64,000 nucleotides of DNA from the NCBI RefSeq assembly GCF_006345805.1, contig NC_043010.1, positions 8,184,001 to 8,248,000 on the forward strand, in the 5' to 3' direction. Source of the stretch: Octopus sinensis. Lineage: Eukaryota. Shown here piece by piece: positions 1-12,034 of this stretch (positions are counted from its first letter, which is position 1; each line of letters begins with the position of its first letter). The notes under the pieces are model-generated. The model was not told where the DNA came from, did not search any database, and worked only from the letters and a program-made list of their open reading frames with translations. A program made the position numbers and the translations under genes.

Positions 1-320
1 CACATTACAATGATTATTATACTTCAGTTTAAGGTGGTAAGCTGGCAGAAGCGTTAGCGCACCGGGCGAAATGTTTAGTGGTATTTCGTCTGTCGTTACG
101 CGCTGAGTTCAAATTCCGCCGAGGTCGACTTTGCCTTTCATCCTTTCGGGTTCGATAAATTAAGTACCAGTTACGCACTGGGGTCGATGTAATCGACTTA
201 ATCCGGTTGTCTGTCCCCTCTGTGTTTCGCCCCTTGTGGGTAGTAAAGAAATAGGTATTTCGTCTGCCGCTACGTTCTGAGTTCAAATTCCGTCGAAGTC
301 GACTCTGCCTTTCATCCTTT

Positions 321-758
321 GGATCTTTTCGGTTTGAACGGCAGTTTTTTAATATAATTTCCACGTAACTAGACATTTTAAAACTTCGTATACTGGTAGA
401 ATGTGTTTATAAAACATCTTTTTCTCTTGGCTTTATTGAGAAAATTCTATACTTTGTAAGATATTTGTTGTTGTTTTTTCTTCAATTTCTGCAATTTCAA
501 CCAATCAATGACGTCTATTGAGGTAAAAAAACATTCTGTGCCGTATGAATATGTCCCTCGTTTAAGAAACAGATTGGGTTTATTTACATTAGTGAAGAAA
601 AAAAGATACCCTTCCCCCCACCCCTAACCCTAACCCTAACTAACCCTAACCCTAAAATAAATTGAAATGCAATAGATCGATACTAGGGTCATAATTATGG
701 GTGACAATTTCATATGACACCGCTAGAAAAAAAACTGCCGTTCAAACCGAAAAGATCC
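321..758. mobile_element. MITE with 8-bp TSD (hAT-like)
   Basis: 30-bp TIR GGATCTTTTCGGTTTGAACGGCAGTTTTTT and its reverse complement; TSD CATCCTTT at 313-320 and 759-766. Confidence 0.9.
622..655. repeat. Interstitial telomere-type (CCCTAA)n inside the MITE
   Basis: Five CCCTAA units plus one broken unit. Confidence 0.85.
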
Positions 759-909
759 CATCCTTTCGTGGTCGATAAATTAAGTAGCAGTTGCGTACTG
801 GGATCGATCAAATCGATTGACCCCCCTATCCAAAAATTTTGGGCCTTGTGCTTAGAGTAGAAAGGATTATACTTCAATTTTTTTTTTGATACTCCTCATC
901 ATAATGATG

Positions 910-990
910 AAACGATGATGATGACGACGAGGAGGTAGTAGTAGTGGTGGTGGTGGTGGTGGTGGTGGTGGTGGTGGTGGTGGTTGTGGT
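910..990. repeat. (GAT)/(GGT)n microsatellite
   Basis: Direct reading. Confidence 0.9.
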
Positions 991-1389
991 AACGATGCAC
1001 ATTCCCGAGAGCATTGTTCAAGTATCGAGCTGAGATGTCTTCTGAGTCGGGTACGTTAAAACTCGCTGTGTTGCCGAAAAGTAAATAGCTTGTTTTTCAA
1101 AAGAGGGGGAAAAAAAGCGTACTAGCTCACCTCAGAGTGCAGACTCTATTAACCTGCCTATCAACGTTATTGACACAGAAAGATACAACTCAACATTACA
1201 ATTCACTGTAGACATATGTGTATGCATGCATGCATATATATATAGGTATGTATAATAGTTCTTTAACAGTGGTAGGATGTATCGAAAATATATTTTACAT
1301 AATGCAAACATGAACTGGAATAGAACTCAATAATATGGTTAGAATGGCTAGATACAGATTTATTGATATGTATTTTTATCAACTTTGAT

Positions 1390-1630
1390 ATATATACATA
1401 CATATACATATACATATATGCATACACATATATATATATTTGTACATATATACACACATATATACACACATATATATATGTACATAAATACACATATATA
1501 CACATATATACACACATATATATATATATGTACATATATACACATATATGTGTACATATATACACATATATATGTACATATATACATACACACACATACA
1601 CATTCACACTCACACATACACGCACACATT
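1390..1630. repeat. (TA/CA)n compound microsatellite
   Basis: Direct reading. Confidence 0.9.
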
Positions 1631-2083
1631 TTTATTAACTTTTACGAAAGATTGACGTTGAAGTTTGGTCTTGCTCTGATGACCTTTTCCTTATGAAAGT
1701 TAATAAAGTGTGTACTTTACTAAAAAGTATTGAGTAAATCCTTCCTGTTTAATGTTAAATTGTTTTCATTTGTAACTTGACATAAAAGCACGCATTAGTG
1801 TGTGTGTGTGTGGTGTGTGTGTGTGTGTGTGTGTATGAGAGAGAGACATAGAACAAATTAGTCTTCAAATTCGACTTCAAAAAAATGTTCGATGGGTGCT
1901 GTAATTTACTTTCCATTATAAATTTGGAATTAGGAAATCTATATAGAAAGTTCAGAAATCAAAATAATGTCTTTTTTAAAACAAAGAAGCCACACACACA
2001 CACACGCGCTCACACACACAAGCGCATGTACGCACACACACACACACACACACACCAGAATTCTACAAAATCGTTCTTGAAAT

Positions 2084-2092
2084 CCTTACCTG
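2084..2092 (-). other. 5' splice donor ending the Pcdh large exon
   Basis: Minus strand CAG|GTAAGG; exon ends 2090, intron GT starts 2089; the ORF stops a few codons later. Confidence 0.85.
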
Positions 2093-4495
2093 GTGTATTC
2101 CTCTGGTTAGTGTCTGACAGTGTATATCTAAAGTTGATTGTCGACTGTTTTGACTTGATTCTTGTTTCGAAGAATTTCCTCTCTGCCACTTTTTCTGGGA
2201 ACTTTTGTGTTTTTTCGTGTCTGTTATGACATCGGGATCGTCATATTTACAAGACAGCTGCTTTGCGCAAAAATATTCCGACTGTCGGTTTTTATCCATC
2301 ATCTGTTTTGAAGTTTCTGCTACACATGTATTGCGTGTGTTTCTCTGATTGTTTCTCCTGACAATGCACACGGTTATGGAAACAACCAGTAAAACCGAAA
2401 CAGTTACTGCAGCAACAATAATTGCAACAAATAGGTTGATGGGGATTTTGGTGTCTGGTTCTGTATCAACAACGGAAAACATCCTGGATGTCGAATTACT
2501 AACAGTTAGAGTCAAAGATAAAGTAGTTCTTGCTGATAGAACAGGTGTACCACTGTCTTTAACACTCACAGAGATATCATATACTCCGGCATCGTTCTGG
2601 TAAACAGGCCGGGAAAAGGTTAATACGCCTGTATAAAGATTAACACTGAACAACTGTTTTTCGTTTCCTTCAATTATTTCGTATTTAAGGAAAGCATTTT
2701 GACGACTATCTCTATCAGATGCTCTGAGAGCTATTATATCATTTTTACTTTGTGGATTGTAGTAGACATCAAAACTGAAAGGGTTAACACTGGGAAAAAT
2801 AAAATATGGAGCATTGTCATTTTCGTCCATAACTTCCACGATGATATTTGCAGTATTATTTAAAGGTGGGATGCCATTGTCTTTGACAAAAACGCCAAAT
2901 TTGTATACTTCATTTTGTTCACGGTCGAGTGACGCGATAGTTGAAATGAAACCAAAATTAGAAATCTCAAAAGGAAGAACATTTTGTCCATTACCAATTA
3001 ACGAAAAGGTCAGTTGGCCTCCAGAACCAAGATCTGGGTCTTTAGCATTTATAAAACCAACCGGAAAATTTGGTTTTTCGTTTTCGTATGTAAGAAACTT
3101 GAAGGTATCCTTTGTAAAATATGGCCGCACATCATTGACATCCATTACTTGAATAGAAAAATTCCTTTCAGTTTTTAAGGGGGGATATCCTTTGTCTTCG
3201 CAAACAATGGTAAGATTAATATGAGTCTCTTTTTCTCTATCAACCGACATTTTTACCACTACCTTATATCTATTATGACTCAAGCTTTGAAGTTGTAGTT
3301 TATCGTGATCGATATTGCATGCCACTTCCCCGTTTGGTCCTCTGTCATTATCAACAACTTTTACATAAGCAATAAAGCTGCCAACTTCCATCGATTCAAA
3401 TATTATGCCAGTGTTGCCAGTTAGTTCTGAGAAGTTCACGTCTATCATTGGAGCGTTGTTTTGTTTATTGATAACATTTACCACAACTGGCACGACGGAA
3501 CTCAGTGGAGGATTGCCATTATCTCTGGCTTCAATAAATAGTTTATAGATTTGTTTTCTCTCAGGTTTAAATTCTACGCTCAAGAAAATCTTTCCACTAT
3601 TCTTATCTATTTGAAAATTGGATCTAGCAATGTCAGATGTTTTTGAACTAAGATAAAACGATATGTTTCCATTCTCCCCACTATCTAAATCTTTCGCTGA
3701 TACGGTGACCACTGGAACTTGTTGCTGATGGTTGCTGCTTACAGATACATTGTAAATATTCTGTGTGAAAACAGGAAGATTATCGTTGACGTCTGTTACA
3801 GATATGTTGACTTTTAAAATTCCATTCATAAGTGGAGATCTTCCGTTTCTCGCTAAAACTTTAATTAAGTAATTATCCTTTAATTCGCGGTCTAATTTTT
3901 TCTCCAGACTAAGTCTTAGGTATGAAGTACCATCAACTCTTTTAAAAACAGACAGAGTGAAAGGATCATCGTCGTTCTTGATCAATTCATAATTTATCTG
4001 AGAGTTTTGTATCCCAACATCTTTATCGACGGCGTTTGGAATAGATCGCGTCGTCCCTCTTCCATCAGTTTCAGAGAAAGTCAGATTAATTTGTGTTTCT
4101 GGAAACTCTGGTTGATGGTCATTGATGTCTTCAATGATAACCTTAATTTCGAGTATTTTTAAAAATGATTTCCTTCTTCGTACAGCAATGTCAACCATCC
4201 TATAACACTCGATATTGTATTTGCAGAGAGATTCCGCATCTAATGTTTGAGCAGTATAGATCTCCCCCGTCTTCGATACATTGAATAGCTGTGAATTATC
4301 AGTTCTGTCTTTCTGAAGCTGGCTAAACCTAATTAAACTATGTTCTTCGGGTGGAAGACTGTCCATAAGATGAGTGTCAGCACCAACATTTCCTAAATAC
4401 GTTCCAGGTCTGCTGTCATCCATTATATAATACGTGAAGTCTACGCATAGACATGTATGAAGACAAATCAGAATTAGACGAACGTCCACCCACAT
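2090..4495 (-). CDS. PCDH: Protocadherin (cephalopod-expanded type), large coding exon: signal peptide, EC1-EC6, TM, proximal cytoplasmic tail; 3' exon(s) not identified
   Basis: In-frame ATG at 4495 (MWVDVRLILICLHTCLC signal). Cadherin motifs LDAE/LDRE, DINDHQPEF, DVNDNLPVF, AKDLDSGENG, DVNDVRPYF, DENDNAPYF define six repeats. TM LFVAIIVAAVTVSVLLVVSITVCIV. Frame is open to the donor CAG|GTAAGG (phase 0). Symbol is family-level only. Confidence 0.95.
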
Positions 4496-4558
4496 TTCTC
4501 CATAGAAGACTTGACGAAAAGAATGGTAAACCAGTTCAACATGAATGGTTAACAATCT

Positions 4559-4595
4559 CTGAAATATAAAAAAGAAATAGGTAAAGTTATTAACG
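4559..4595 (-). other. 3' splice acceptor upstream of the Pcdh ATG (implies a 5'-UTR intron)
   Basis: Minus strand TTAATAAC-TTTACCTATTTCTTTTTTATATTTCAG|AG; exon would start at 4558, 63 nt before the ATG. Confidence 0.65.
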
Positions 4596-4904
4596 TGTTT
4601 CAAATAACATCTTTTTAAAATTTAACCATACATCATCTTAAATAAGGGTCGTATATGACATAAAGAAATATTGGTTAAACTAAAGCGTTAAACCCGGTCA
4701 AAGAAACAAAAAGAAAATGTGTGTAATTGGTGTAAAACAACTTCCTCTAAACGAATATGAAAAAAAAAATGCGCGCACGTGAAAGGGGAGTGAGGGAGAG
4801 GCCTCGGAAAATTTACATATTAAATTTTACAAAGTCTATGCTCTTTTACTGAGTGTTTCACCTACTGGATTGAGGCCAATCTGGGGCATCACCTTCGGTA
4901 ATAT

Positions 4905-5105
4905 CAGTTTCAAATTTTGACACAAGCCCGGAAATTTAGTGGTAAGGGGAAAGTCGATTACATGGAGCCCAGTGCTCGACTGGTACTTATTTTATCGACC
5001 CCGAAAGGATGAAAGGTAAAGTCAACCTCGGTGGAATTTGAACTCAGAAGATGAAGACGGACGAAATGAGGCTAAGCATTTTGCCCGACTGCATAATATT
5101 GATAT
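4905..5105 (-). mobile_element. SINE family A, diverged
   Basis: ATCGACCCCGAAAGGATGAAAGGTAAAGTCAACCTCGGTGGAATTTGAACTCAGAA matches family A antisense. Confidence 0.8.
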
Positions 5106-5149
5106 CAGTAATTATTGAGTTTTCTATATATCTGTATCTATTTATCGTA

Positions 5150-5564
5150 TATTCTTTTACTCTTTTACTTGTTTCAGTCATTTGACTGCGGCCATGCTGG
5201 AGCACCACCTTTAATCGAGCAACTCGATCCCGGGACTTATTCTTTTGTAAGCCCAGTACTTATTCTATCGGTCTCTTTTGCCGAACCGCTAAGTAACGGG
5301 GACGTAAACACACCAGCATCGGTTGTCAAGCAATGCTAGGGGACAAACACAGACACACAAACACATACACACACACACACATATATATATATACATATAT
5401 ACGACAGGCTTCTTTCAGTTTCCGTCTACCAAATCCACTCACAAGGCATTGGTCAGCCCGGGGCTATAGCAGAAGACACTTGCCCAAGGTGCCACGCAGT
5501 GGGACTGAACCCGGAACCATGTGGTTGGTTAGCAAGCTACTTACCACACAGCCACTCCTGCGCT
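5150..5564 (-). mobile_element. tRNA-derived SINE family B, full length
   Basis: Head GCGCAGGAGTGGCTGTGTGG with A/B-box-like motifs, internal (CA/TA)n linker, (GTAAAAGA)n tail; more than 12 near-identical copies in the window. Confidence 0.9.
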
Positions 5565-6149
5565 ATATAACTTTTTTTAAAGCGAAGGGGTGCAACTCTG
5601 CGCATCATTTCATACCCATGTATCTACTTGCATATACATAAAAAATTATATAAGTAAATAAGGTATCTCACAGAATCAAGGACAATGTGGTAGAATGTAT
5701 CATGCCTTCCCTTTTTGTTCTAAGTACTGGTGTAGTTGCAAGCAGACATAGATACAATCTCAGCCTACCCACTCTAGGCCCAGCGGAAGTTCTAAGATGT
5801 GACAATCGGAAAGGGGGATGGCTGCATCAACGTCGGTATTCATTTCAACTGGGAGAATGGAGCAATTGGTCGTCTGGGCCATGAGCTGAACCCACGACTT
5901 AATGACTGTGAGCCACGCAGTGTGTTCAAGCCCAGGATCATAGGGTTGTGAAACAAATTGCTTATTTAAATGGCTATGATTACGCTTCTATTAACAGAGA
6001 TTAATTTTTCTGAAACAGAAAATGAAAAGTATGTTCGTAGGGATAACAGCAATAAGGAATTATATAACTGTTTCTTTATATTCTACATTCCAACAAAAAG
6101 TAGACCTCTTCTCATCCTGTTTGTATCGTAATGTAATGATAGTTACACA

Positions 6150-6790
6150 ATATTTGGTTTTGAAGTAAAGGTTTGATATAAGACAGAGTTCAATATCGAC
6201 TATAACAGATCTTAATTTGGAACACTTATCAAAGCAAGGTTTCATACATATATTTCTGCTTTGCAAAGTCTTTTGAATAATGTATGGTAGAAAATATTGA
6301 TACATGAGATCGTGTTTGTAATGTTAACATGTTTGCAAGCAGACGATGGGCAGCAGAAAATGAAAAATACATACAATTTAGAATTGATAGAATTTTTTAT
6401 TGGAATCCTAGACATTAAATTATAAGAGAACTTCCCAAATAAGGAAGTCCTTAAATAAACAAGAATCCGAATCATGTCTGCTATCCTCAGCAAAAATGTT
6501 TGAAATAACTTGGTTATGCTAACCAAATGGAAGACAACTGAAGCCACGTAAACATCTTATATGGAGAATGGAGAAATAGTCTGTTAGAAAACCATTCCTA
6601 TGCTACAAATATGTCTGCAAATCTGACATAAAGACTAGTGGATTTGGTCTGACAAGCTGGGAATCTTTGGCAGCGGATTGTACTAAATAAGAGCATGTTA
6701 CAAAGACAGACATAGTGTGAGGAGCAATCAGATGAGATATGAAGAGTGAGAAAAGCTAATATCAATGTACTTTCATCTAGAAATGCAGGC
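6150..6790 (+). mobile_element. Degenerate RTE-clade LINE, C-terminal ORF remnant
   Basis: Frameshifted translation gives PNKEVL, LGYANQMED, ILYGE and YKYVCKSDIK..SWESLAAD, resembling the RTE C-terminus. Confidence 0.55.
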
Positions 6791-6810
6791 TGCTTCAAGA
6801 TTCAGTTGTA

Positions 6811-7324
6811 TACCGTAAATCCTCGAGTATAGTCGGCCCTTGAGTATGATACGCAGGAGATTTTTAGGGGGCTGTACCTCTGAAAAACCTAAACCTTGTG
6901 TATAATACGCACCCCTTCTTTAACTTGAGTCAAGGAGGTCTATATAACGTCCTTAGTTTGTAAAAATGCATACGGTAACGTCCTTTATTATTATTGTATA
7001 TATAACATAATGTAAACGTGTAGCTTTTTTGTGCATTTTGCTTGCAGAAAATAAAGAAATAACAGTGATGACATTTAATAAATGTTGCTTACTGCAAGTT
7101 ATGGATGATTCTTCTATGACTTCATTGCTTTCAGGCTTAGCTTAAGGTATTTTCGCGCCCGACATCACAAAATGTCTGAGTAAACATTGCCGGACAGCAA
7201 ATCAAGACTCGGACATTGCTTAGAAAATAATTTGCATTTTTAACCTCGTATATAGTACGCACTAGGGATTTTGACCTTTAAATTTTTTGGGGAAAATGCG
7301 GATTATACTCGAGGATTTACGGTA
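6811..7324. mobile_element. Tc1/mariner-superfamily (pogo/Tigger-like) MITE
   Basis: TIR TACCGTAAATCCTCGAGTATA / TATACTCGAGGATTTACGGTA, TA at both ends, no ORF. Confidence 0.85.
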
Positions 7325-7879
7325 GTTGTAACAGAATCTACTTGTAGTGTGATATCAGAGTGGTATCATTTGCAAACTTCATCTCCCCGATCAGGATATT
7401 TTGTACTCACGTTTTTGCAAAGTTGAACAACCTTTAGTGTGCAAGGACATGTTATATTCTTAAAGGCATGTGACAACAGGAGAGAAATGATGCTAAAGAT
7501 TAAGGTGGGTGAGCACACAAGCCTGCTTCACTATGTTTTTGGACGGGAAGGAGATTGGCATGGAACTGTCGTATTGGCATGGAAGTGTCGTATTTGATAG
7601 TACGTGACATATCTTCATAAGAGCTCACAGAAACGGTGGAGAAGAGCAACATAAGAACTCCCGTTCAGATCCTGACTGACCAGTGGTGCAAATATCCATT
7701 GTCTCTCAAAACAAACAGATGCCAAGGAAAGAGTTTTTGTTTAACCCCTAGCTCAACAGTGAATAAGCAGGCCTATGATTAAAGACATCCCAGCTGTGAC
7801 CACTCCATATTAGTAGAAATATCTATGTTTACATTAACTAACATATCTTCTTTTATTTATGAACAGTATGGTTCATAAC

Positions 7880-8170
7880 GGAGGCGCAGAGGCCCAGTCG
7901 GAGGATCGTGGTTTCGATTCCCAGACCGGGCGTTGTGTGTGTTTATTGAGCGAAAACACCTAAAAGCTCCATGAAGCTTCGGCAGGTGGTGGTGGCGACC
8001 CCTGTTGTACTCTTTCGCCACAACTTTCTCTCACTCTCTCTTCCTGTTACTTGAGTAATGCTGCGGTGGACTGGCGTCCCGTCCAGCTGGGGGGGGGGAG
8101 GGGGAACACATACACCACAGAAACCAGGAAACCGGGCCCATGTGACTGGCTAGGCTTGAAAAGGGTGACG
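7880..8170 (+). mobile_element. tRNA-derived SINE family D (head partly deleted)
   Basis: GGAGGCGCA..GGTTTCGATTCCCAGACCGG, body shared with 26169 and 45296; GGACTGGCGTCCCGTCCAG module. Confidence 0.8.
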
Positions 8171-8659
8171 TTTTTTTATGCTTCATAATGAGGATTTGAC
8201 TGATATTTTTAGCAGATGAGGGCCCCTATATGTCAACATAAAGCTCTGCTGAAACAGCAGATATATATATATATTTTTTCCCTACAGTAGTCAAACAAAT
8301 CAATTGTTTCCCTTTTCAACGATTAGGCCCTTGCTGATGGAAAGCATCAAGCATCTGAAACTTTAGATATTGTCATTGAACCATGCGGGAATTATGCGGG
8401 GTTTCGATATCTACTTCGAGTTGAAACTCTTTATTGTATTTAAGTGAACTGGCTGATTCAGTGTTAAGTGTCCTTACCATGGATACAGTGTAAAGCTAGT
8501 TAAAAGGATACAAATTCATCGACCCTTCAAAAACAATGGACCAGCACACCGCCGACACTCTCAGCCACGCCTATCAATAATCTTGGTTGTTATTTAACCA
8601 ACGGTCCCATTATTGATATATGTATTATTTATATATGTATGTGTGTATGGAATTATTGG

Positions 8660-8721
8660 TTACACTTACATACATACATATATACATACATACATACACA
8701 TATATGTAAGTATACACTCAC

Positions 8722-8777
<56 letters not shown>

Positions 8778-9194
8778 AATATATATATATATCATTATAT
8801 ATAAATACATATATATATAATATAGATATATATACACACACATATACATATATAATATATGTATGTGTGTGTGTATATATATATATATTATATATATATA
8901 TATATATATGTATTTATATATAATGATATATATATGTATACATATACACATATATACATATATATACACACATATACATTTATATGTGAATACATATATA
9001 TATACACACATATATACATTTATATGTGAATACATATATATATATATACATATATACATTTATATGTGAATACATACATAATATATATATATATATATAT
9101 ATACATACATACATACATACATACATACATACATACATACATGCATACATACATACATACATGCATACATACATACATACATACATACATACAT

Positions 9195-9228
<34 letters not shown>

Positions 9229-9300
9229 GCACACATACATACATGCATACATACATACATATACATGTGTGTGTGTCTGTGTGTGTGTGTGTAAATATAG
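8660..9300. repeat. (TA)n/(TACA)n/(TG)n compound microsatellite with a short ~35-bp tandem unit
   Basis: ATATACATTTATATGTGAATACAT occurs three times at 8960-9075. Confidence 0.9.
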
Positions 9301-9984
9301 GCTGTGATAAGTAATTGAACTTTTATCAGCTACACGTATCGATCTGTACTTACAGCTTTCATATCCGTACTATCAAACCCCCTTTCACCAGTGACATTGC
9401 ACTTAAATGTACAAGAAGTGCATTTCCATTGTCACTTAGCCTGAAATATTACTTCACGTCTTTTACACGGGTTTTGTTGTTTGATATGTGGTTTGTACCT
9501 GACACTGATTAATAAAGACCTCAGTACTTCATCTGCAAATTATATACTTCATATTGGTCAATTTTATAGTTTTATTTTTTTCTTGTTTCGTTTTGTTTAT
9601 TTTTGTTTTTTTTATTCTTTATCATGACATCCAACGAGTACAATTATTATTTATTGATCTTTTTTTTTTTACATAGGTAATAGGTTTCAGATTGATTGAA
9701 AAACAGGCAGCGAGATTGTATGGAAGTCATGCCTTTGTCAAGGGCCTTAACGATATTAGTCAAATGAAAATGGCTATAGACAGGCACAGAAATGGAGGAG
9801 TCATTCATTAGAGTAAAGTATATTAGTGATTACTTTTAACTAAGCACAAAGGGCTCAGATTTATAGGACAGTGGAAAATGGAAGACTATGGTGTTCGTAA
9901 CTTTTACAAAAGCTGGCAGTAGTGTAAAAGAAAGCGACTAGGAATTGAAACTGGACAAAGAAAATGGGAGTCTATGACATTTAT

Positions 9985-10220
9985 ACCTATTTCTTTACTA
10001 CCCACAAGGGGCTAAACACAGAGAGGACAAACAAGGACAGACAAACGGAATAAGTCGATTATATCGACCCCAGTGCGTGACTGGTACTTATTTAATCGAC
10101 CCCGAAAGGATGAAAGGCAAAGTCGACCTCGGCGGAATTCGAACTCAGAACGTAGCGGCAGACGAAATACCGCTAAGCATTTCGCCCGGTGTACTAACGA
10201 TTCTGCCAGCTCCCCCACCT
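9985..10220 (-). mobile_element. SINE family A, monomer
   Basis: Near-consensus match; flanked by TTTATACCT. Confidence 0.9.
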
Positions 10221-10343
10221 TTATACCTTTTGCAAATCAAGCTGAAGCATAAAGGAAAGCAGCTAGGAATTGAAACTGGTTCTCAGATTCAATTCACTGG
10301 GATTTTATCTCTGAGCCAAGATGTTTATCATTTAGTTTTACTA

Positions 10344-11177
10344 TACCGTAAATCCTCGAGTATAGTTCGCCCTTGAGTATAATACGCAGGGGATTTTTAG
10401 GGGGCTGTACCTCTGAAAAACCTAAACCTTGTGTATAATACGCACCCCTTCTCTAACTTGAATCAAGGAGGTCTATATAACGTCCTTCGTTTGTAAAAGT
10501 GTATACGGTAACATCCTTTATTATTATTGTGTATATAACATAATGCAAACGTGTAGCTATTTTGTGTATTTTGTTTGTAGAAAATAAAGAAATAACAATA
10601 ATAACGTTTAATAAATGTTGCTTATTGCAAGTTATGGATGATTATTTTATGACTGTAAATCCTCGAGTATAGCCCGCCCTTGAGTATAATACACAGGGGA
10701 TTTTTAGGGGGCTGTACCTCTGAAAAACCTAAACCTTGTGTATAATACGCAACCCTTCTCTAACTTGAGTTGTGTGTAATTAAGTCAGCGGCACCTAGTC
10801 GAACAAACACTTCTGCGCATGCTTAATACAATAATGTTGATGTTCTTAACTGTTATATGGGAATGTAAATATGTTTGCAAATTGTTTTTGTTACATGTTA
10901 TTCTGTGTTCTGAATTCTTAAATTTTAATAAATGTTGCTTACTGCAAGTTATGGATGATTCTTTTATGACTTCATTGCTTTCAGGCTTAGCTTAAGGTAT
11001 TTTCGCACCCGACATCACAAAATGCGTCTGAATAAACATTGCCGGATAGCAAATCAAGACTCGGACTTTGCTTAGAAAATAATTTACATTTTTAACCTCG
11101 TATATAGTACGCACTAGGGATTTTGACCTTTAAATTTCTGGGGGGAAAATGCGGATTATACTCGAGGATTTACAGTA
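10344..11177. mobile_element. Pogo-like MITE composite: truncated copy (10344-10652) plus complete copy (10653-11177)
   Basis: Left TIR CGTAAATCCTCGAGTATA at 10347 and TGTAAATCCTCGAGTATA at 10654; right TIR ends 11177. Confidence 0.85.
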
Positions 11178-11450
11178 AATTAAAGGCAGCAATCTAGCAG
11201 AATTGTTATTACTTTGAACGAGTGGTGGAGTAATGCATTTTCGATAATCCACTTGAGTTGACTTCGTTTCTTGATACTTTCTGATGCTGTAGATTACAAT
11301 TATGATACAAAAAAAAAATCCCCTCCTTTTGAGGACTATTACACTTTTTCCTTTCTAGAATTTGTTTACTGAATGTTTTTTTTTTTTTAAATGAAGATTT
11401 ATTTGTATCTACTGTCACACAAATGAATATACCACACAGGAGTTTTTGTA

Positions 11451-11977
11451 TACCGTAAATCCTCGAGTATAATCCGCATTTTTCCCCCAGAAATTTAAAG
11501 GTCAAAATCCCTAGTGCGTACTATATACGAGGTTAAAAATGAAAAATATTTTCTAAGCAATGTCCGAGTCTCTATTTGCTGTCCGACAATGTTTATTCAG
11601 ATGCATTTTGTGATGTCTGGCGTGAAAATACCTTAAGCTAAGCCTGAAAGCAATGAAGTCATAAAAGAATCATCCACAACTTGCAGTAAGCAACATTTTT
11701 AAAAATAAAAGTATTCAGAACACAGAATAACATGTAACAAAAACAATTTGCAAACATATTTACATTCCCATATAACAGTTAAGAACATCAACATTATTGT
11801 ATTAAGTATGCGCGGAAGTGTTTGTTCGACTAGGTGCCGCTGACTTAATTACACATAACTCAAGTTAGAGAAGGGGTGCGTATTATACACAAGGTTTAGG
11901 TTTTTCAGAGGTACAGCCCCCTAAAAATCCCCTGTGTATTATACTCAAGGGCGGGCTATACTCGAGGATTTACAGTA
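11451..11977. mobile_element. Pogo-like MITE, inverted relative to 10653-11177
   Basis: Same TIRs; interior is the reverse complement of 10653-11177. Confidence 0.85.
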
Positions 11978-12034
11978 TATATGATACATTTTCATACATT
12001 TTTATACAAGCCTATATAAGTTTAACAGCATTTC

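Larger units (their letters stand above)
31..870 (+). mobile_element. tRNA-derived SINE family A, dimer, interrupted by a MITE
   Basis: Head AGGTGGTAAGCTGGCAGAA, B-box-like GAGTTCAAATTC twice; TSD ATTATACTTCA(G/A)TTT at 16-30 and 866-880. Confidence 0.85.

Noticed and set aside
622-655. True telomere or chromosome fusion site
   Set aside because: Only ~34 bp and enclosed by MITE TIRs
1125-1212. Second Pcdh coding exon 1131-1205 (good GAG|GTGAGC donor)
   Set aside because: The acceptor has no pyrimidine tract and a phase-0 join gives an immediate TGA; the donor alone is insufficient
4496-4603. N-terminal extension MKHVNN.. of the 846-aa ORF
   Set aside because: It starts at TTG and translates a pyrimidine tract and splice acceptor; the ATG at 4495 gives a proper signal peptide
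4683-4689. CGCT box like the vertebrate Pcdh CSE (also near 1116)
   Set aside because: A 4-7-bp match is expected by chance and there is no extended CTCF-like motif
5333-5641. Recurrent ORFs such as MLGDKHRHT.. and MSSNARGTNT..
   Set aside because: Chance frames in SINE family B copies
6805-7330. 6-bp TSD GTTGTA around the first pogo-like MITE
   Set aside because: Not seen at the other copies, which show only TA; likely coincidence
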